Translations under genes and position numbers: made by a program
Shown: one piece after another, positions 55,254-64,000 of the stretch
How positions within the stretch are numbered: position 1 is the first letter of the stretch
Layout: each line of letters begins with the position of its first letter
Virus record (IMG/VR): IMGVR_UViG_3300015262_000001
Span: 164,598 to 228,597 of that record
DNA length: 64,000 nucleotides
Direction: 5' to 3' (one strand)
The notes under the pieces: model-generated
Seen by the model: the letters and a program-made list of their open reading frames with translations, nothing else
What the model was told of the DNA's origin: nothing
Database searches by the model: none

Positions 55254-56773
55254 TAGCGTTTGTCCTCTACCAATACATAAGCGTTGAGCCCGAGGTTCAT
55301 CATGTACCGGGTTGGGTTATAACCGGGCAGGCCTAAGCCTTTATCGATGTCCTTGCGGATCTGGTGGATGTAGTTCAACCATGGCTTGGGTAACAGGTCC
55401 CAGCGATACCACGGGAAGATGGCCGGCAACAGGCTGAGGTCCTGAGGGTTCTTTTGCAAGTCGTCCCAGAAGTCGTCTGTATAGTCACGGATCGAATAAT
55501 CAAGGGTTACCACGATGTGATGCACGTTCTTCATCGTAGGCAGCCTGGAGAGCCTTACAGAGCCTGTCTCGTCCATACTCAGTTGAGTAGGAAGAATGCG
55601 CAGGTCGTTGCTGTACACCCAGATCAGGAACGGCGTGGAGAACTGAGTAAAGGCTACACTGTGTCTCCGGAGCATATAAGCCTTCACCTGTTCATTCCAT
55701 TTAAAGCCCGGAATGTCGAAGATGTTGACCAGCTCCTGGTTCTCGATGTTCTCCACCGCCAGACGTGCCTGGATGATCGGCTGTACAAACGGAATCCGTT
55801 TCATAACCCAAGGGTCATGCTTCGGTAGCTTCATGAAGTAAGGGGCCTCGTTGTTACGAGTAGTCTGGTTAGACAGACCCCACGCCACTTCAGGTGCTAC
55901 GCGTACGTTGAACGGACGGTTAAACTGTTCATTAGGAATAGGAATCCATTTAGCTGGGATCTCATCCTGATAAACGTCCAACGGGTAATAGAACTCCCAG
56001 TTGGTAAACTCGTTGAAGTAGAAGAAGTACTTAAGTTCAACTTCATACTTGCCTACGGTTGAACCTTTGCGAGCACGCTGAATCTCTGCGCCTTCCCACT
56101 GGATGCCGATGTAGTCCAAACGCTGAGGAACTACCAGACGTTTATTCTTACCCGCTGTGTTCATGATGGTAGTAAAGGGTACTTTGCAGTACTTATTGAA
56201 CCAAGTCCCAAACTCAGGAGTGGTGGGTTCGTTCTTTACCAATAGACCGTGGATATCCTGCATGCAGGCCAGGATACCGTTGTTTAAGCCCAAGTGAACC
56301 GTGGCGCTGAACGCCATGTCCGCCATTTGGTTATCACGCAGACGGTTAATGCGACGCACGTAGTGGTCAGCCAGCTTGCTGCTGTTAAACGAAGCCACAA
56401 CGGATACATTAACCTTAACGCCAGAGAAGGCTGGGTACAGACCCATAGGCTCTTCGTCATCGGTTAACCATACCGGGCGTTCGGTCGGTTCACGACGCTG
56501 GTTGGAATAACCGGTGTTGAATGGGGTATCTTCTTTCTCTACAACTACAAACAGTTTGTTACGGAAGATGCCATCAGTGAACATATCACCGCGCAGGCCA
56601 TCATCACTGTTACTGCCGATCAGCTTGGCAACATCATTCTCGCCGTTGTAAATGATTTGCGAGGCGTTGTCCAAGCCGTAGTACTTTAGAACTTGTCTGA
56701 GAGAATCCAACACCGCAGGGCGAAAGAACGATGCATAGTCATCTTCAGACATTACCATTGATTTCAGCATCAT
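55253..56773 (-). CDS. conserved virion structural protein (506 aa, phiKZ gp98-like by position)
   Basis: Operonic; YASFFRPAVLDSLRQVL and YPLDVYQ motifs. Confidence 0.7.
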   Translation of the reverse strand: MMLKSMVMSEDDYASFFRPAVLDSLRQVLKYYGLDNASQIIYNGENDVAKLIGSNSDDGLRGDMFTDGIFRNKLFVVVEKEDTPFNTGYSNQRREPTERPVWLTDDEEPMGLYPAFSGVKVNVSVVASFNSSKLADHYVRRINRLRDNQMADMAFSATVHLGLNNGILACMQDIHGLLVKNEPTTPEFGTWFNKYCKVPFTTIMNTAGKNKRLVVPQRLDYIGIQWEGAEIQRARKGSTVGKYEVELKYFFYFNEFTNWEFYYPLDVYQDEIPAKWIPIPNEQFNRPFNVRVAPEVAWGLSNQTTRNNEAPYFMKLPKHDPWVMKRIPFVQPIIQARLAVENIENQELVNIFDIPGFKWNEQVKAYMLRRHSVAFTQFSTPFLIWVYSNDLRILPTQLSMDETGSVRLSRLPTMKNVHHIVVTLDYSIRDYTDDFWDDLQKNPQDLSLLPAIFPWYRWDLLPKPWLNYIHQIRKDIDKGLGLPGYNPTRYMMNLGLNAYVLVEDKR

Positions 56774-56807
56774 GGGTGTATGCTCAATAATGAAAATAAA
56801 AAGATAA

Positions 56808-56834
56808 GTAGTGGAAGGGGCTACCCTCCACTAC
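56808..56834 (-). terminator. intrinsic terminator
   Basis: GTAGTGGA/TCCACTAC stem with TTATCTTTTT on the minus strand. Confidence 0.7.
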
Positions 56835-56848
56835 GAACCGTAAGGGTG

Positions 56849-57547
56849 TTAATTCCAGCGAACAGGCACAACCAGACCACTCGAAAACTGAAGAATAGCC
56901 AGATTAGAAATACCGTCATTCAACTGACTGACAACGATCGCTTCCTGGAAGTCTTCTGCTGCAAGTACCAGCTTGAACCCAAGGGAGTTAACGAAGTCCG
57001 ACAGCATCTCGGCGTACTCTTGTGAGACACCGTCTTTAACCGGATCATCCACCAGGAACACTTTACCCGCCAAGGCAATGCGAACACGCTGCTCTTCCAG
57101 GTCAACAGCAATACATTCCTGGGAGCGCACAGTCGCGTCTTTGTTCTTGACGGTAAAGATCAATACACCGCTCAGACTGATGCTGGTATCCAGCATTGGT
57201 ACCGAGACTTGGTACTGGTCCTTACCAGCAAACGTAACCAGAGTGTCTTCAACGTCGTAATCCACCTTATCCAACAGGTGGAGCTTGTACGTGTCAGACA
57301 GTTCCTGAATGACCAGGCCCAGAGGATCGCCTTCACGAGCCGAAACTTCAGGCGCCCTATTAACCATGACACGCAGGAGATTCCCCTTGCTCATCTTGGC
57401 CTTTTGGGTAATCCCGTTCTTTTCAACGGTAAAGGCGGCAACGGATTCGGATTCGGATTCTGCACTCAGAACCGTGTAGCCTTCTGGAAGCTGGTGCTTG
57501 ACACGCTCCAGAACTTCCGGGTGAACGTTTTCCAAGGCCATTACCAT
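56849..57547 (-). CDS. putative virion protein (232 aa)
   Basis: AAGGAG SD; TAATG overlap. Confidence 0.7.
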   Translation of the reverse strand: MVMALENVHPEVLERVKHQLPEGYTVLSAESESESVAAFTVEKNGITQKAKMSKGNLLRVMVNRAPEVSAREGDPLGLVIQELSDTYKLHLLDKVDYDVEDTLVTFAGKDQYQVSVPMLDTSISLSGVLIFTVKNKDATVRSQECIAVDLEEQRVRIALAGKVFLVDDPVKDGVSQEYAEMLSDFVNSLGFKLVLAAEDFQEAIVVSQLNDGISNLAILQFSSGLVVPVRWN

Positions 57548-58971
57548 TACTCCTTCTTAGCGGTTTTGTCTTCTTTCGGTTCCACAGCAGGGAAGATTTT
57601 GGTGTTGATTCCGCTAACCGCTTTGCGAATGCCAGACACCAGTTTCTTGTGGGCGGCTACTTTCTCTTTAACCTGTTTAACCGCTTCCTTTGCAGCAGTG
57701 ATACTGTCCTGTGTAGACTTCTTGGCAGTACCGACAACTTCCTTGTTCTTCTCGTCTTTGCCCGACACGGCACCAGCTGCTGTTTTAAGAGCGGCCAGTT
57801 TCTCCTGAGTCAGTTTCATGAGTTCGTCCAAACCAGCGGCAGGACCCTGTTGCTTTTGCAGCAAACCCAGGAGTTTGTCAAGGCAAGACGATGCATCAGA
57901 CTTGCTGTTAAGATTACCCACGATAGTACTGAACGCACCAGAAGGATCCGCTTCAGCTGCCAGCTTCACCAGTCCCGCTTTAGCAGCTGGGTTGATCTGA
58001 TCACCACTGCCTTCTTTAGAGGATGCCAGGTCTTTCTTGTTCGCTTCTGCCGATTCTTTTACGGCTTTGCCATCCGCTTCAGAGTCGTTGGAAGTGAACC
58101 ATTCCTTGATGGCGCCAAAAGACTCTGTGATCATACTCCAGGCCTTCATTGCCATATCCTTGATTCCGTCAAGGATCGCGCCTTCCGTGCCTTCTACAGC
58201 ACTCATACGCACGTTACGGGCATTAGCCACACCGATGAGGTAGTTAGCCTCAAAACTGTTTACACCACCCAGGTAGTCTTCCATGCCCTGAATCAGTTGT
58301 AGGGTGTGATCTGCCACACAGCCACAATCGCAGTCAGGACCCTTGCGACATTCTTCTGGCTCGTCAAAATCAACAGCTACCGCTTCAGGCAGGTCTTCGA
58401 GTTGTGCAGGAGAGAATTCTTCCACACCCATGAACATACCCAGTCGGCTGGTAACGAATACGTCGATGATGTTCAACACCTTCTCAGCGTATTCAATAGC
58501 CCGGATATGTACCTGAGTACCGACGAGGTTTGGTTCTTCATGACCCTCGTAGACTTCGATGAAGTACCGGAGCTTTTTGTGTGCGAATTCGATCCAGTTG
58601 GTGACCGAACTACCTGACATGTCCTCCGACGACTTATTACCCAATGCACAGACCTGCATGGCCACAATGCGCTCTTGGGTAAAGTTACCGTTATGAGCAT
58701 CATCCAGCAATGCGTTCAGGTACTGGTTAACCGGCCAGTTAACTTCCAGTTCACTGCCGTCGTAGTAAGCCAGTCGGTCTTCGAGTGCAGCCACGATGCT
58801 GAACAAACGTTCCTTTACAGAACCTTCTTCGTTGCTGTCGTGATCTACCACGTAGTCCAGACCCATGGAGCGGAGGAGTTCAACCATTACCGGATTCTTT
58901 TCAGCATCCAGTTGTCCAGCCTTACCGGTCATCATCAAACAGACCAGTCCCAGCTCAAAATACAAATTCAT
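57547..58971 (-). CDS. inner-head (ejection) protein with long propeptide (474 aa)
   Basis: MGVE, QGME and EGTE|GAILDGIKDM processing motifs, then an Ala/Lys-rich helical mature part. Confidence 0.7.
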   Translation of the reverse strand: MNLYFELGLVCLMMTGKAGQLDAEKNPVMVELLRSMGLDYVVDHDSNEEGSVKERLFSIVAALEDRLAYYDGSELEVNWPVNQYLNALLDDAHNGNFTQERIVAMQVCALGNKSSEDMSGSSVTNWIEFAHKKLRYFIEVYEGHEEPNLVGTQVHIRAIEYAEKVLNIIDVFVTSRLGMFMGVEEFSPAQLEDLPEAVAVDFDEPEECRKGPDCDCGCVADHTLQLIQGMEDYLGGVNSFEANYLIGVANARNVRMSAVEGTEGAILDGIKDMAMKAWSMITESFGAIKEWFTSNDSEADGKAVKESAEANKKDLASSKEGSGDQINPAAKAGLVKLAAEADPSGAFSTIVGNLNSKSDASSCLDKLLGLLQKQQGPAAGLDELMKLTQEKLAALKTAAGAVSGKDEKNKEVVGTAKKSTQDSITAAKEAVKQVKEKVAAHKKLVSGIRKAVSGINTKIFPAVEPKEDKTAKKE

Positions 58972-58981
58972 TGCCTACTCC

Positions 58982-59467
58982 TCACAGATACTTGATGATC
59001 ACGGTGCCACGGTAGTACGTGGCCCGACGAGCCGTTACGTGAAGATAACCTTCACTCGTACCCAGCTCTACTTCAAATCGGGTCAGGTCGCTCAAGCCAA
59101 CTAACCGCAACCAGTTAAAGAACAGGATGCTTAGTTCATCAGCTACGCCAGTTTGATCAATGGCCGACAGAGTAATGATACTTTCCTCCACACGACTGTC
59201 TACCAGCTCGTCCAGGGACTGCAAGTTGACCGACTCAGGCAGACCAAAGGTCAAACCACTGATGTCCTGAGGGATACCTTTAAACAGTTCCCCCAGGTCA
59301 ACCTTCTCAATCATTAAACCAGCACCAACGACACCTGGCTCAACATAGCTGAACACGTTATCGCTAACTGACCGTCCTGTACCAAAACGTGGATTCAATC
59401 CATCAATACCCTGTTGCTCCATAGCTGCGGCAACCAACAAAGTTTTGTTAAAGCAATTCAAGCGCAT
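58982..59467 (-). CDS. small putative virion protein (161 aa)
   Basis: IEKVDLGELF...YYRGTV.I pattern. Confidence 0.65.
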   Translation of the reverse strand: MRLNCFNKTLLVAAAMEQQGIDGLNPRFGTGRSVSDNVFSYVEPGVVGAGLMIEKVDLGELFKGIPQDISGLTFGLPESVNLQSLDELVDSRVEESIITLSAIDQTGVADELSILFFNWLRLVGLSDLTRFEVELGTSEGYLHVTARRATYYRGTVIIKYL

Positions 59468-59473
59468 AATGGA

Positions 59474-60532
59474 TTACCCTTTGGTTTCTACGCTGCTTTC
59501 AACAATGGCAGTATGCGAGTTGTAGACTTTAAACAGCAGGGTCTCCAGCGCTTTAATGCCGGCCATGCTGTTACGCACAATCTCTTGCAGACTGCCGGTG
59601 AGTTGTTTGGCAACTGCCTCGTTGTTTACTTCAACCGTATTGGCGAATTCCAAGCTGTTGTTGAGGCCCTTAATGATCACACTCTCCAGATCAGTCGATT
59701 TCTCGATTGTACCCTGGAAGACAGTGTTCATATTAGTCAACTCTTTAGCCAGCGCACGGGTAGTGGTTTCGCTGCTGATAAAGCCGGCGTTCTTATCGGA
59801 TTCCAGCAGATCAGGATCGGCCTTCAGCGACAGCTTACCGTGAGCAGTGATAGACACGTAGGTGCCACCCACAAACAACGCTGGGTCCTTACCGAAGATG
59901 GTCACGAGTGAAGCATGGTGAGTCTTGAAGAGCTTCTCCAGATCTTCCTTGCCCTTGCTCAGTTGACCTTTGCTGATGTAGACCGATTCAGCTGCCTTGA
60001 GTGTCTTCTTGATCTCTTCGATGTACTTAACAGCCTTTGCATTAGCCGCTTTCCAATCGTCCCCAGCCTTGTTCATCCAGTCCAGGTTGGCAGGAATCTT
60101 GGCCTTGCTGGCCCACACACTGGTATAACCAGCAGGGTAATGCGTGAAGTGTTTCTTGACCCCGTTTTTGTCTAACTTCTCGAGGAGGTTTTTGTTCTTG
60201 CGAGCGGCAACTTCTTTCTTGCCAGTAAAGAAGCTGAACACCCACTTGAAAAAGTTCTTCACAGCGGTAATCAAAGAACCTATCATGTCCTTAATCCAAC
60301 TCATGAACCCTTCAGTGCCTTGAACACTGTTGAGATCCTGTTGGCGTGGGATATGCGAGAAGATGTATTGATAGTAGAGGGATTCGGTACCCGATACCTT
60401 GTCGTATTCGTCCGACAGGTCATTGACGGTGTCGTCTGTGGCATCCACAACGCTCTCAGGATTCTCGGCGTTGTAGAGTGCTTCAACAGTAGGCGTATTG
60501 ATAAAACGTCGAGCAAGCACTGGCTGCGTCAT
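59474..60532 (-). CDS. inner-head protein paralogue
   Basis: Start moved to MTQPV at 60532; QGTE|GFMSWIKDMIGSLITAVKNFFKWVF is typical of the family. Confidence 0.7.
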   Translation of the reverse strand: MTQPVLARRFINTPTVEALYNAENPESVVDATDDTVNDLSDEYDKVSGTESLYYQYIFSHIPRQQDLNSVQGTEGFMSWIKDMIGSLITAVKNFFKWVFSFFTGKKEVAARKNKNLLEKLDKNGVKKHFTHYPAGYTSVWASKAKIPANLDWMNKAGDDWKAANAKAVKYIEEIKKTLKAAESVYISKGQLSKGKEDLEKLFKTHHASLVTIFGKDPALFVGGTYVSITAHGKLSLKADPDLLESDKNAGFISSETTTRALAKELTNMNTVFQGTIEKSTDLESVIIKGLNNSLEFANTVEVNNEAVAKQLTGSLQEIVRNSMAGIKALETLLFKVYNSHTAIVESSVETKG

Positions 60533-60608
60533 GGTGAAAGTACCTGTTAAAAAGGATATGTAACAAAACCTATAGCATCCCTTGAAAAAACAAAATGCGG
60601 CCATAAGA

Positions 60609-60638
60609 CTACTAAGGGCGATTGCTCGCCCTTAGTAG
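60609..60638 (-). terminator. terminator hairpin
   Basis: 12-bp stem CTACTAAGGGCG/CGCCCTTAGTAG. Confidence 0.75.
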
Positions 60639-60669
60639 CTACCTTACGGTGTTACAGCAACATCACGCC

Positions 60670-61938
60670 TTACAGAGCGATGTGAGCAGCAACGCAGTCC
60701 AGAGCGGCAGCAGCGCCGTTCATCATGAACTTGGTCATGCTGGTAGTCACGCTGGAAGTCGAGCTGTAAACAGCTTTAACCAGGTTAACCTGGCCATTGA
60801 CTTCCGACGCTTTGTCGCTTTCGCCAGCTTTGATGGCGTTCAGGGAACCAACAACGCGGTCACGCTCAGCAGCGCTGAAAGCCTTGGCCACTTTGGCGCT
60901 ACGCAGGTTTGCACCCATGCCACGCACGTCAGAGATCTCTTTCAGGAGAGCCGATTTGTCGTGCTTGGCTTTGACGTCGGAACCGCCGGTCAGCTTCTTG
61001 GCTTCAGGGTCTTTCATGACCACGAACTTCAGGGAGCGGGCAGCGTTGGCGGCGTCAGCCATGGTTTTGATGTCGCTGTCGACGTAGGACGCCTGGATGC
61101 GAACACCGTTGATCACGCCGATCAGGACGTCGTGGGTACCGGCTTTCTTCTCGTTGTACTTGCCGGCTGCCTTGGCATCCGACTTGATAGCCGAGATCAC
61201 GCCAGCGTAAGCCGACTTGAAGTCTTCCAGGGTGATACCGGAAACGTTCTTGCCCAGCTCGGTCAGCTTGGCGATCGCGTTCATCGAGCTTTCGAAGCCT
61301 TTAGCCTTGAAGCCGGCCAGGCCGCCTTTGGCGTAGTCGATGTACACGTTCCAGGAGCCGAGCTTGATCAGCTCTTTGACCTTGGCGCCTTCTTCCAGGC
61401 GTTTCTTCAGCTGGTCGCAACGCTTCTCGATGGCCGCGGCCTTGTCGAAGATCGACACGAAGAAGTTGATCACGCCGTTGAAGATGTGCTTGATGAACTC
61501 GATGGCCTTACGACCGTATTCCTTGATCGAGTCCATGATGCTTTCCATGCCCTGACGAGCATACATCTGAGCGGTCGAAGCGTCGGTGATGGATTCAGCA
61601 CCAACGCGGTCGCCCTGGATGTTCGCGCCCAGCTTGTTACCGAGCTTCACGCCGCGGTTGTACAGGTTGGCGAAAGCCAGGGAGTTGAAGTTGCCGGAGT
61701 TGATCAGGGATTCCATGCCTTCAACGACTTCGGTCGCTTCTTCGACAGCTTCTTCCAGGTCGTCGACCTTGGCAACCAGTTGTTCAACCTGGTTGGATTG
61801 CTCTTCGATCGCTACGGTCACTTCGGCGATTTCGGTTTTGATGACGTCTTCGACAGCGTCAACCACTGCGCCGCTACCTTCGCCGCCCAGTTCCAGATCT
61901 TCGGCGCCGGCGTACATGTCAAGAATGTTGATGGTCAT
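60670..61938 (-). CDS. abundant inner-head protein (phiKZ gp93/gp162-like family, 422 aa)
   Basis: Acidic propeptide with repeated G-x-E sites; QGME|SIMDSIKEYGRKAIEFIKHIF..VINFF amphipathic motif; strong codon bias. Confidence 0.8.
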   Translation of the reverse strand: MTINILDMYAGAEDLELGGEGSGAVVDAVEDVIKTEIAEVTVAIEEQSNQVEQLVAKVDDLEEAVEEATEVVEGMESLINSGNFNSLAFANLYNRGVKLGNKLGANIQGDRVGAESITDASTAQMYARQGMESIMDSIKEYGRKAIEFIKHIFNGVINFFVSIFDKAAAIEKRCDQLKKRLEEGAKVKELIKLGSWNVYIDYAKGGLAGFKAKGFESSMNAIAKLTELGKNVSGITLEDFKSAYAGVISAIKSDAKAAGKYNEKKAGTHDVLIGVINGVRIQASYVDSDIKTMADAANAARSLKFVVMKDPEAKKLTGGSDVKAKHDKSALLKEISDVRGMGANLRSAKVAKAFSAAERDRVVGSLNAIKAGESDKASEVNGQVNLVKAVYSSTSSVTTSMTKFMMNGAAAALDCVAAHIAL

Positions 61939-61991
61939 TGCGTGTATCCTTTTTCGTTAACGAAGGAAAATTGTGTGTTTAATTAAACGGT

Positions 61992-63005
61992 TCAAGCGAA
62001 AACACCAAGCACACCATGAATGTACCTGTCGGTGTAGCTGACCACCCGAGGAGTGAATCCGCTATAGAATGCCAACGCATTGGCCTCCCCAGAGAGGATC
62101 TTCTCAGCCTCCGACATAGCGCTCGAACTAACCTTATCCAGCTTGCTCAGGTTAGAGTCGACAGACTTAACCATCTCCGACCAGCTCTTGAGAAAGCTCA
62201 AGTAACTGTCGTAAGACGACTTCAAGCGCTTATGCATAGAGTTGATCTTGTCCAGCTTATTCAACAGAGCGTTGACTTCAGACTTGGACAAAGTCACGGT
62301 TGAGCCCGCTTCGGCAGGCGCGTCACCGCCTATAACATATTTCGGAGACTTGCCGTCGCCGTAAACACATTCCCAGACCTTGCCACCTGGCAGCGCATCC
62401 GAGTACGTCGTAGTACCCTTTGAATGCGGTAACTTAAACGATGGATACTCCACAGCCTCAAACTCCTCCACAATAGCGAAGATGTTTTCAGACGATGAAG
62501 CACCCTTGAGTTTGCGGACGACGATCAGCTGTTTGTCCAGGTAACTCAGAATCTCTTTGCTGTGCTTATCCAGTGCATCCAACGAGCTCAGCAGAGTGTC
62601 CATATCATGACTGATATGGCCAATGTCGCCATTGGCAGTGATCAGAGCAATCGTGGTTTTGCTGAGGTTCAACTCATGATCCTCGATCTTGCTGAAGTTT
62701 TGCGTCAGCTTACGGATCAAGGTATCGTTGTCGCTGAAGGCACGGTACAAGCCAGCACCTGCTGCGCCAAGGGCCTTACCAAACAGGTCGATAGTTTTAC
62801 CACCAACCCACTTGCTAACTTCAAACATCCCGGAGCCAAGCTCCTTGACGCTCTCCATAAAGTCCTCGTTACCTTCAACGCGGATCTTTAGCCGATGTGG
62901 GTCATTGGCCAGTTGACGACCCAGAGCCCACAACTCATTCTCGACGCACAGCCCCTCGATACGGTTCTCCAGGCAATTGCGATACAGCTGCTTTGTACTG
63001 CTCAT
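61992..63005 (-). CDS. inner-head protein paralogue (337 aa)
   Basis: EGNE|DFMES site; LPGGK motif; AAGGAGG SD. Confidence 0.7.
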   Translation of the reverse strand: MSSTKQLYRNCLENRIEGLCVENELWALGRQLANDPHRLKIRVEGNEDFMESVKELGSGMFEVSKWVGGKTIDLFGKALGAAGAGLYRAFSDNDTLIRKLTQNFSKIEDHELNLSKTTIALITANGDIGHISHDMDTLLSSLDALDKHSKEILSYLDKQLIVVRKLKGASSSENIFAIVEEFEAVEYPSFKLPHSKGTTTYSDALPGGKVWECVYGDGKSPKYVIGGDAPAEAGSTVTLSKSEVNALLNKLDKINSMHKRLKSSYDSYLSFLKSWSEMVKSVDSNLSKLDKVSSSAMSEAEKILSGEANALAFYSGFTPRVVSYTDRYIHGVLGVFA

Positions 63006-63016
63006 GACCAGCCTCC

Positions 63017-64000
63017 TTACGGCGTGTTGGCCTTAACCGAGAGGTTCGACAGCTCGATCAAGCCATGGATAACCAAGGTCAGGTAACTGGTCAGAGCGGC
63101 CCGCAGAGTCAGCAGCTCGATCTGGTTACGACGAACGATCGACGAGAAGGCACTGAGCACCTTGTCTTTCAGTTCATCGTCCATCTGCGACTCGTAGATG
63201 CCTTTGGCAACATCGTTGTAATCGCTGTCCGCCAGCTTGTACTTATCGCCCGCTTCGAAGACCTTGCTCCATTCCTTCAACAGTTCTTTCAGGTGTTTTG
63301 CAATCACCTTGATCTGCTGAGTCGACAGGCTCTTCACTTCATTACCCAGTTTCGGGTAAATCACTTCAGAACTGTTTTCGAAACCAGTCAGCTCTTCGTT
63401 GAGGTAGATGTAGAGGAACTGCTCGACATCCTCGGGGGTGTGCATGCGGTAGTTCGGATGACTCTGACGGATGTCAATGAAGTACGCCCCGCCCATCAAC
63501 TCAACCGACTGTTTCGCAGTAACACGCCCAGTAGTGAAGTCTTTGTTTGGTTTGTTGCATTCCTTGAACGGAGTCGATGGCAACTGCGACGGCAGCATGA
63601 GAAAGCGGTCCAACCCCAGTGCCTGATCCAATCCTGCAAACCCACCGAAGTAACTCAGGGCAGCATTCATGTTGTTTTTGCTGTTCAGGTAGTAGTTGGA
63701 GCTTACAGCCGAGATAGTGCGACTCAGCTTACTGACATCACCCGTCCAGTCACCGCTGATCTGGCCGTTAACCTTAAACAGGTTAAACAGACGAGCACCC
63801 AGCAACAGGTTCTCGCGACCTTCATCAAACTTTGGAGTGGCGTCGATACCACGTTCCAGCGCATCCACGGCATCAACCAGACTGTCGTGGTTCTGAGTGA
63901 AGACGATGTACGCTTCCTTGAAACCATCGTTGATGCGGACTACCACTTCCTTGGACTTACGGAAGAAGTCACCCAGGAAGCTCTCACAGCCCATCAGACG
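63017..64000 (-). CDS. inner-head protein paralogue, 5'-truncated
   Basis: Frame stays open to the window edge (...RLMGCE|SFLGDFF); LMGG motif as in the neighbours. Confidence 0.7.
   Translation of the reverse strand, partial: RLMGCESFLGDFFRKSKEVVVRINDGFKEAYIVFTQNHDSLVDAVDALERGIDATPKFDEGRENLLLGARLFNLFKVNGQISGDWTGDVSKLSRTISAVSSNYYLNSKNNMNAALSYFGGFAGLDQALGLDRFLMLPSQLPSTPFKECNKPNKDFTTGRVTAKQSVELMGGAYFIDIRQSHPNYRMHTPEDVEQFLYIYLNEELTGFENSSEVIYPKLGNEVKSLSTQQIKVIAKHLKELLKEWSKVFEAGDKYKLADSDYNDVAKGIYESQMDDELKDKVLSAFSSIVRRNQIELLTLRAALTSYLTLVIHGLIELSNLSVKANTP

Noticed and set aside
60622-61986. 454-aa plus-strand ORF antisense to the head protein (likewise 1965-3170, 34076-35434, 16813-18132 and other antisense ORFs)
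   Set aside because: In-register shadows of biased real genes, with no SD context or recognisable domains.
1-64000. CRISPR arrays, tRNA/rRNA genes, transposases, integrase
   Set aside because: None recognised; intergenic gaps are short and explained by hairpins and promoters. tRNAscan-SE and a CRISPR finder would confirm.
1-64000. Stop-codon reassignment
   Set aside because: Code 11 gives near-complete coding density, and TAA, TAG and TGA all terminate genes adjacent to the next start.

Overview
This window is a 64-kb slice of a phiKZ-like (Chimalliviridae-type) jumbo myophage genome, probably infecting Pseudomonas. The host is inferred from the tail-fibre and chaperone type. Standard code 11 gives dense, mostly minus-strand ORFs. 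From left to right it contains: (i) an early accessory and DNA-metabolism region with a glycine-zipper membrane protein, an Acb1/T4 gp57B-like 2H phosphodiesterase, a DHH phosphoesterase, RNase HI, an NAD-dependent DNA ligase, two tandem minimal nucleotidyltransferase-like genes and an SbcC/Rad50 ATPase; (ii) the baseplate spike, three paralogous ~1000-1200 aa tail fibre/tip genes and a collar-type fibre with its Tfa chaperone; (iii) an overlapping spanin pair, a holin candidate and a RuvC-like resolvase; (iv) the core block of virion genes, portal, a small early island, a split RNAP beta-like subunit, the major capsid protein and DnaB; (v) further virion genes and a run of paralogous protease-processed inner-head proteins, the last truncated by the window edge. 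I found no tRNA, rRNA, CRISPR array, intron or intein. The most notable observations are a 41-bp perfectly identical block shared by two otherwise synonymously diverged tail-fibre paralogues, a putative nucleotide-signal counter-defence cluster, an active/degenerate NTase pair, two glycine-zipper genes each behind a near-identical 44-bp early promoter 38 kb apart, and a conserved box downstream of terminator hairpins. All family assignments come from motif recognition by eye; no database searches were run, and phiKZ gp numbers are recalled positional equivalents.
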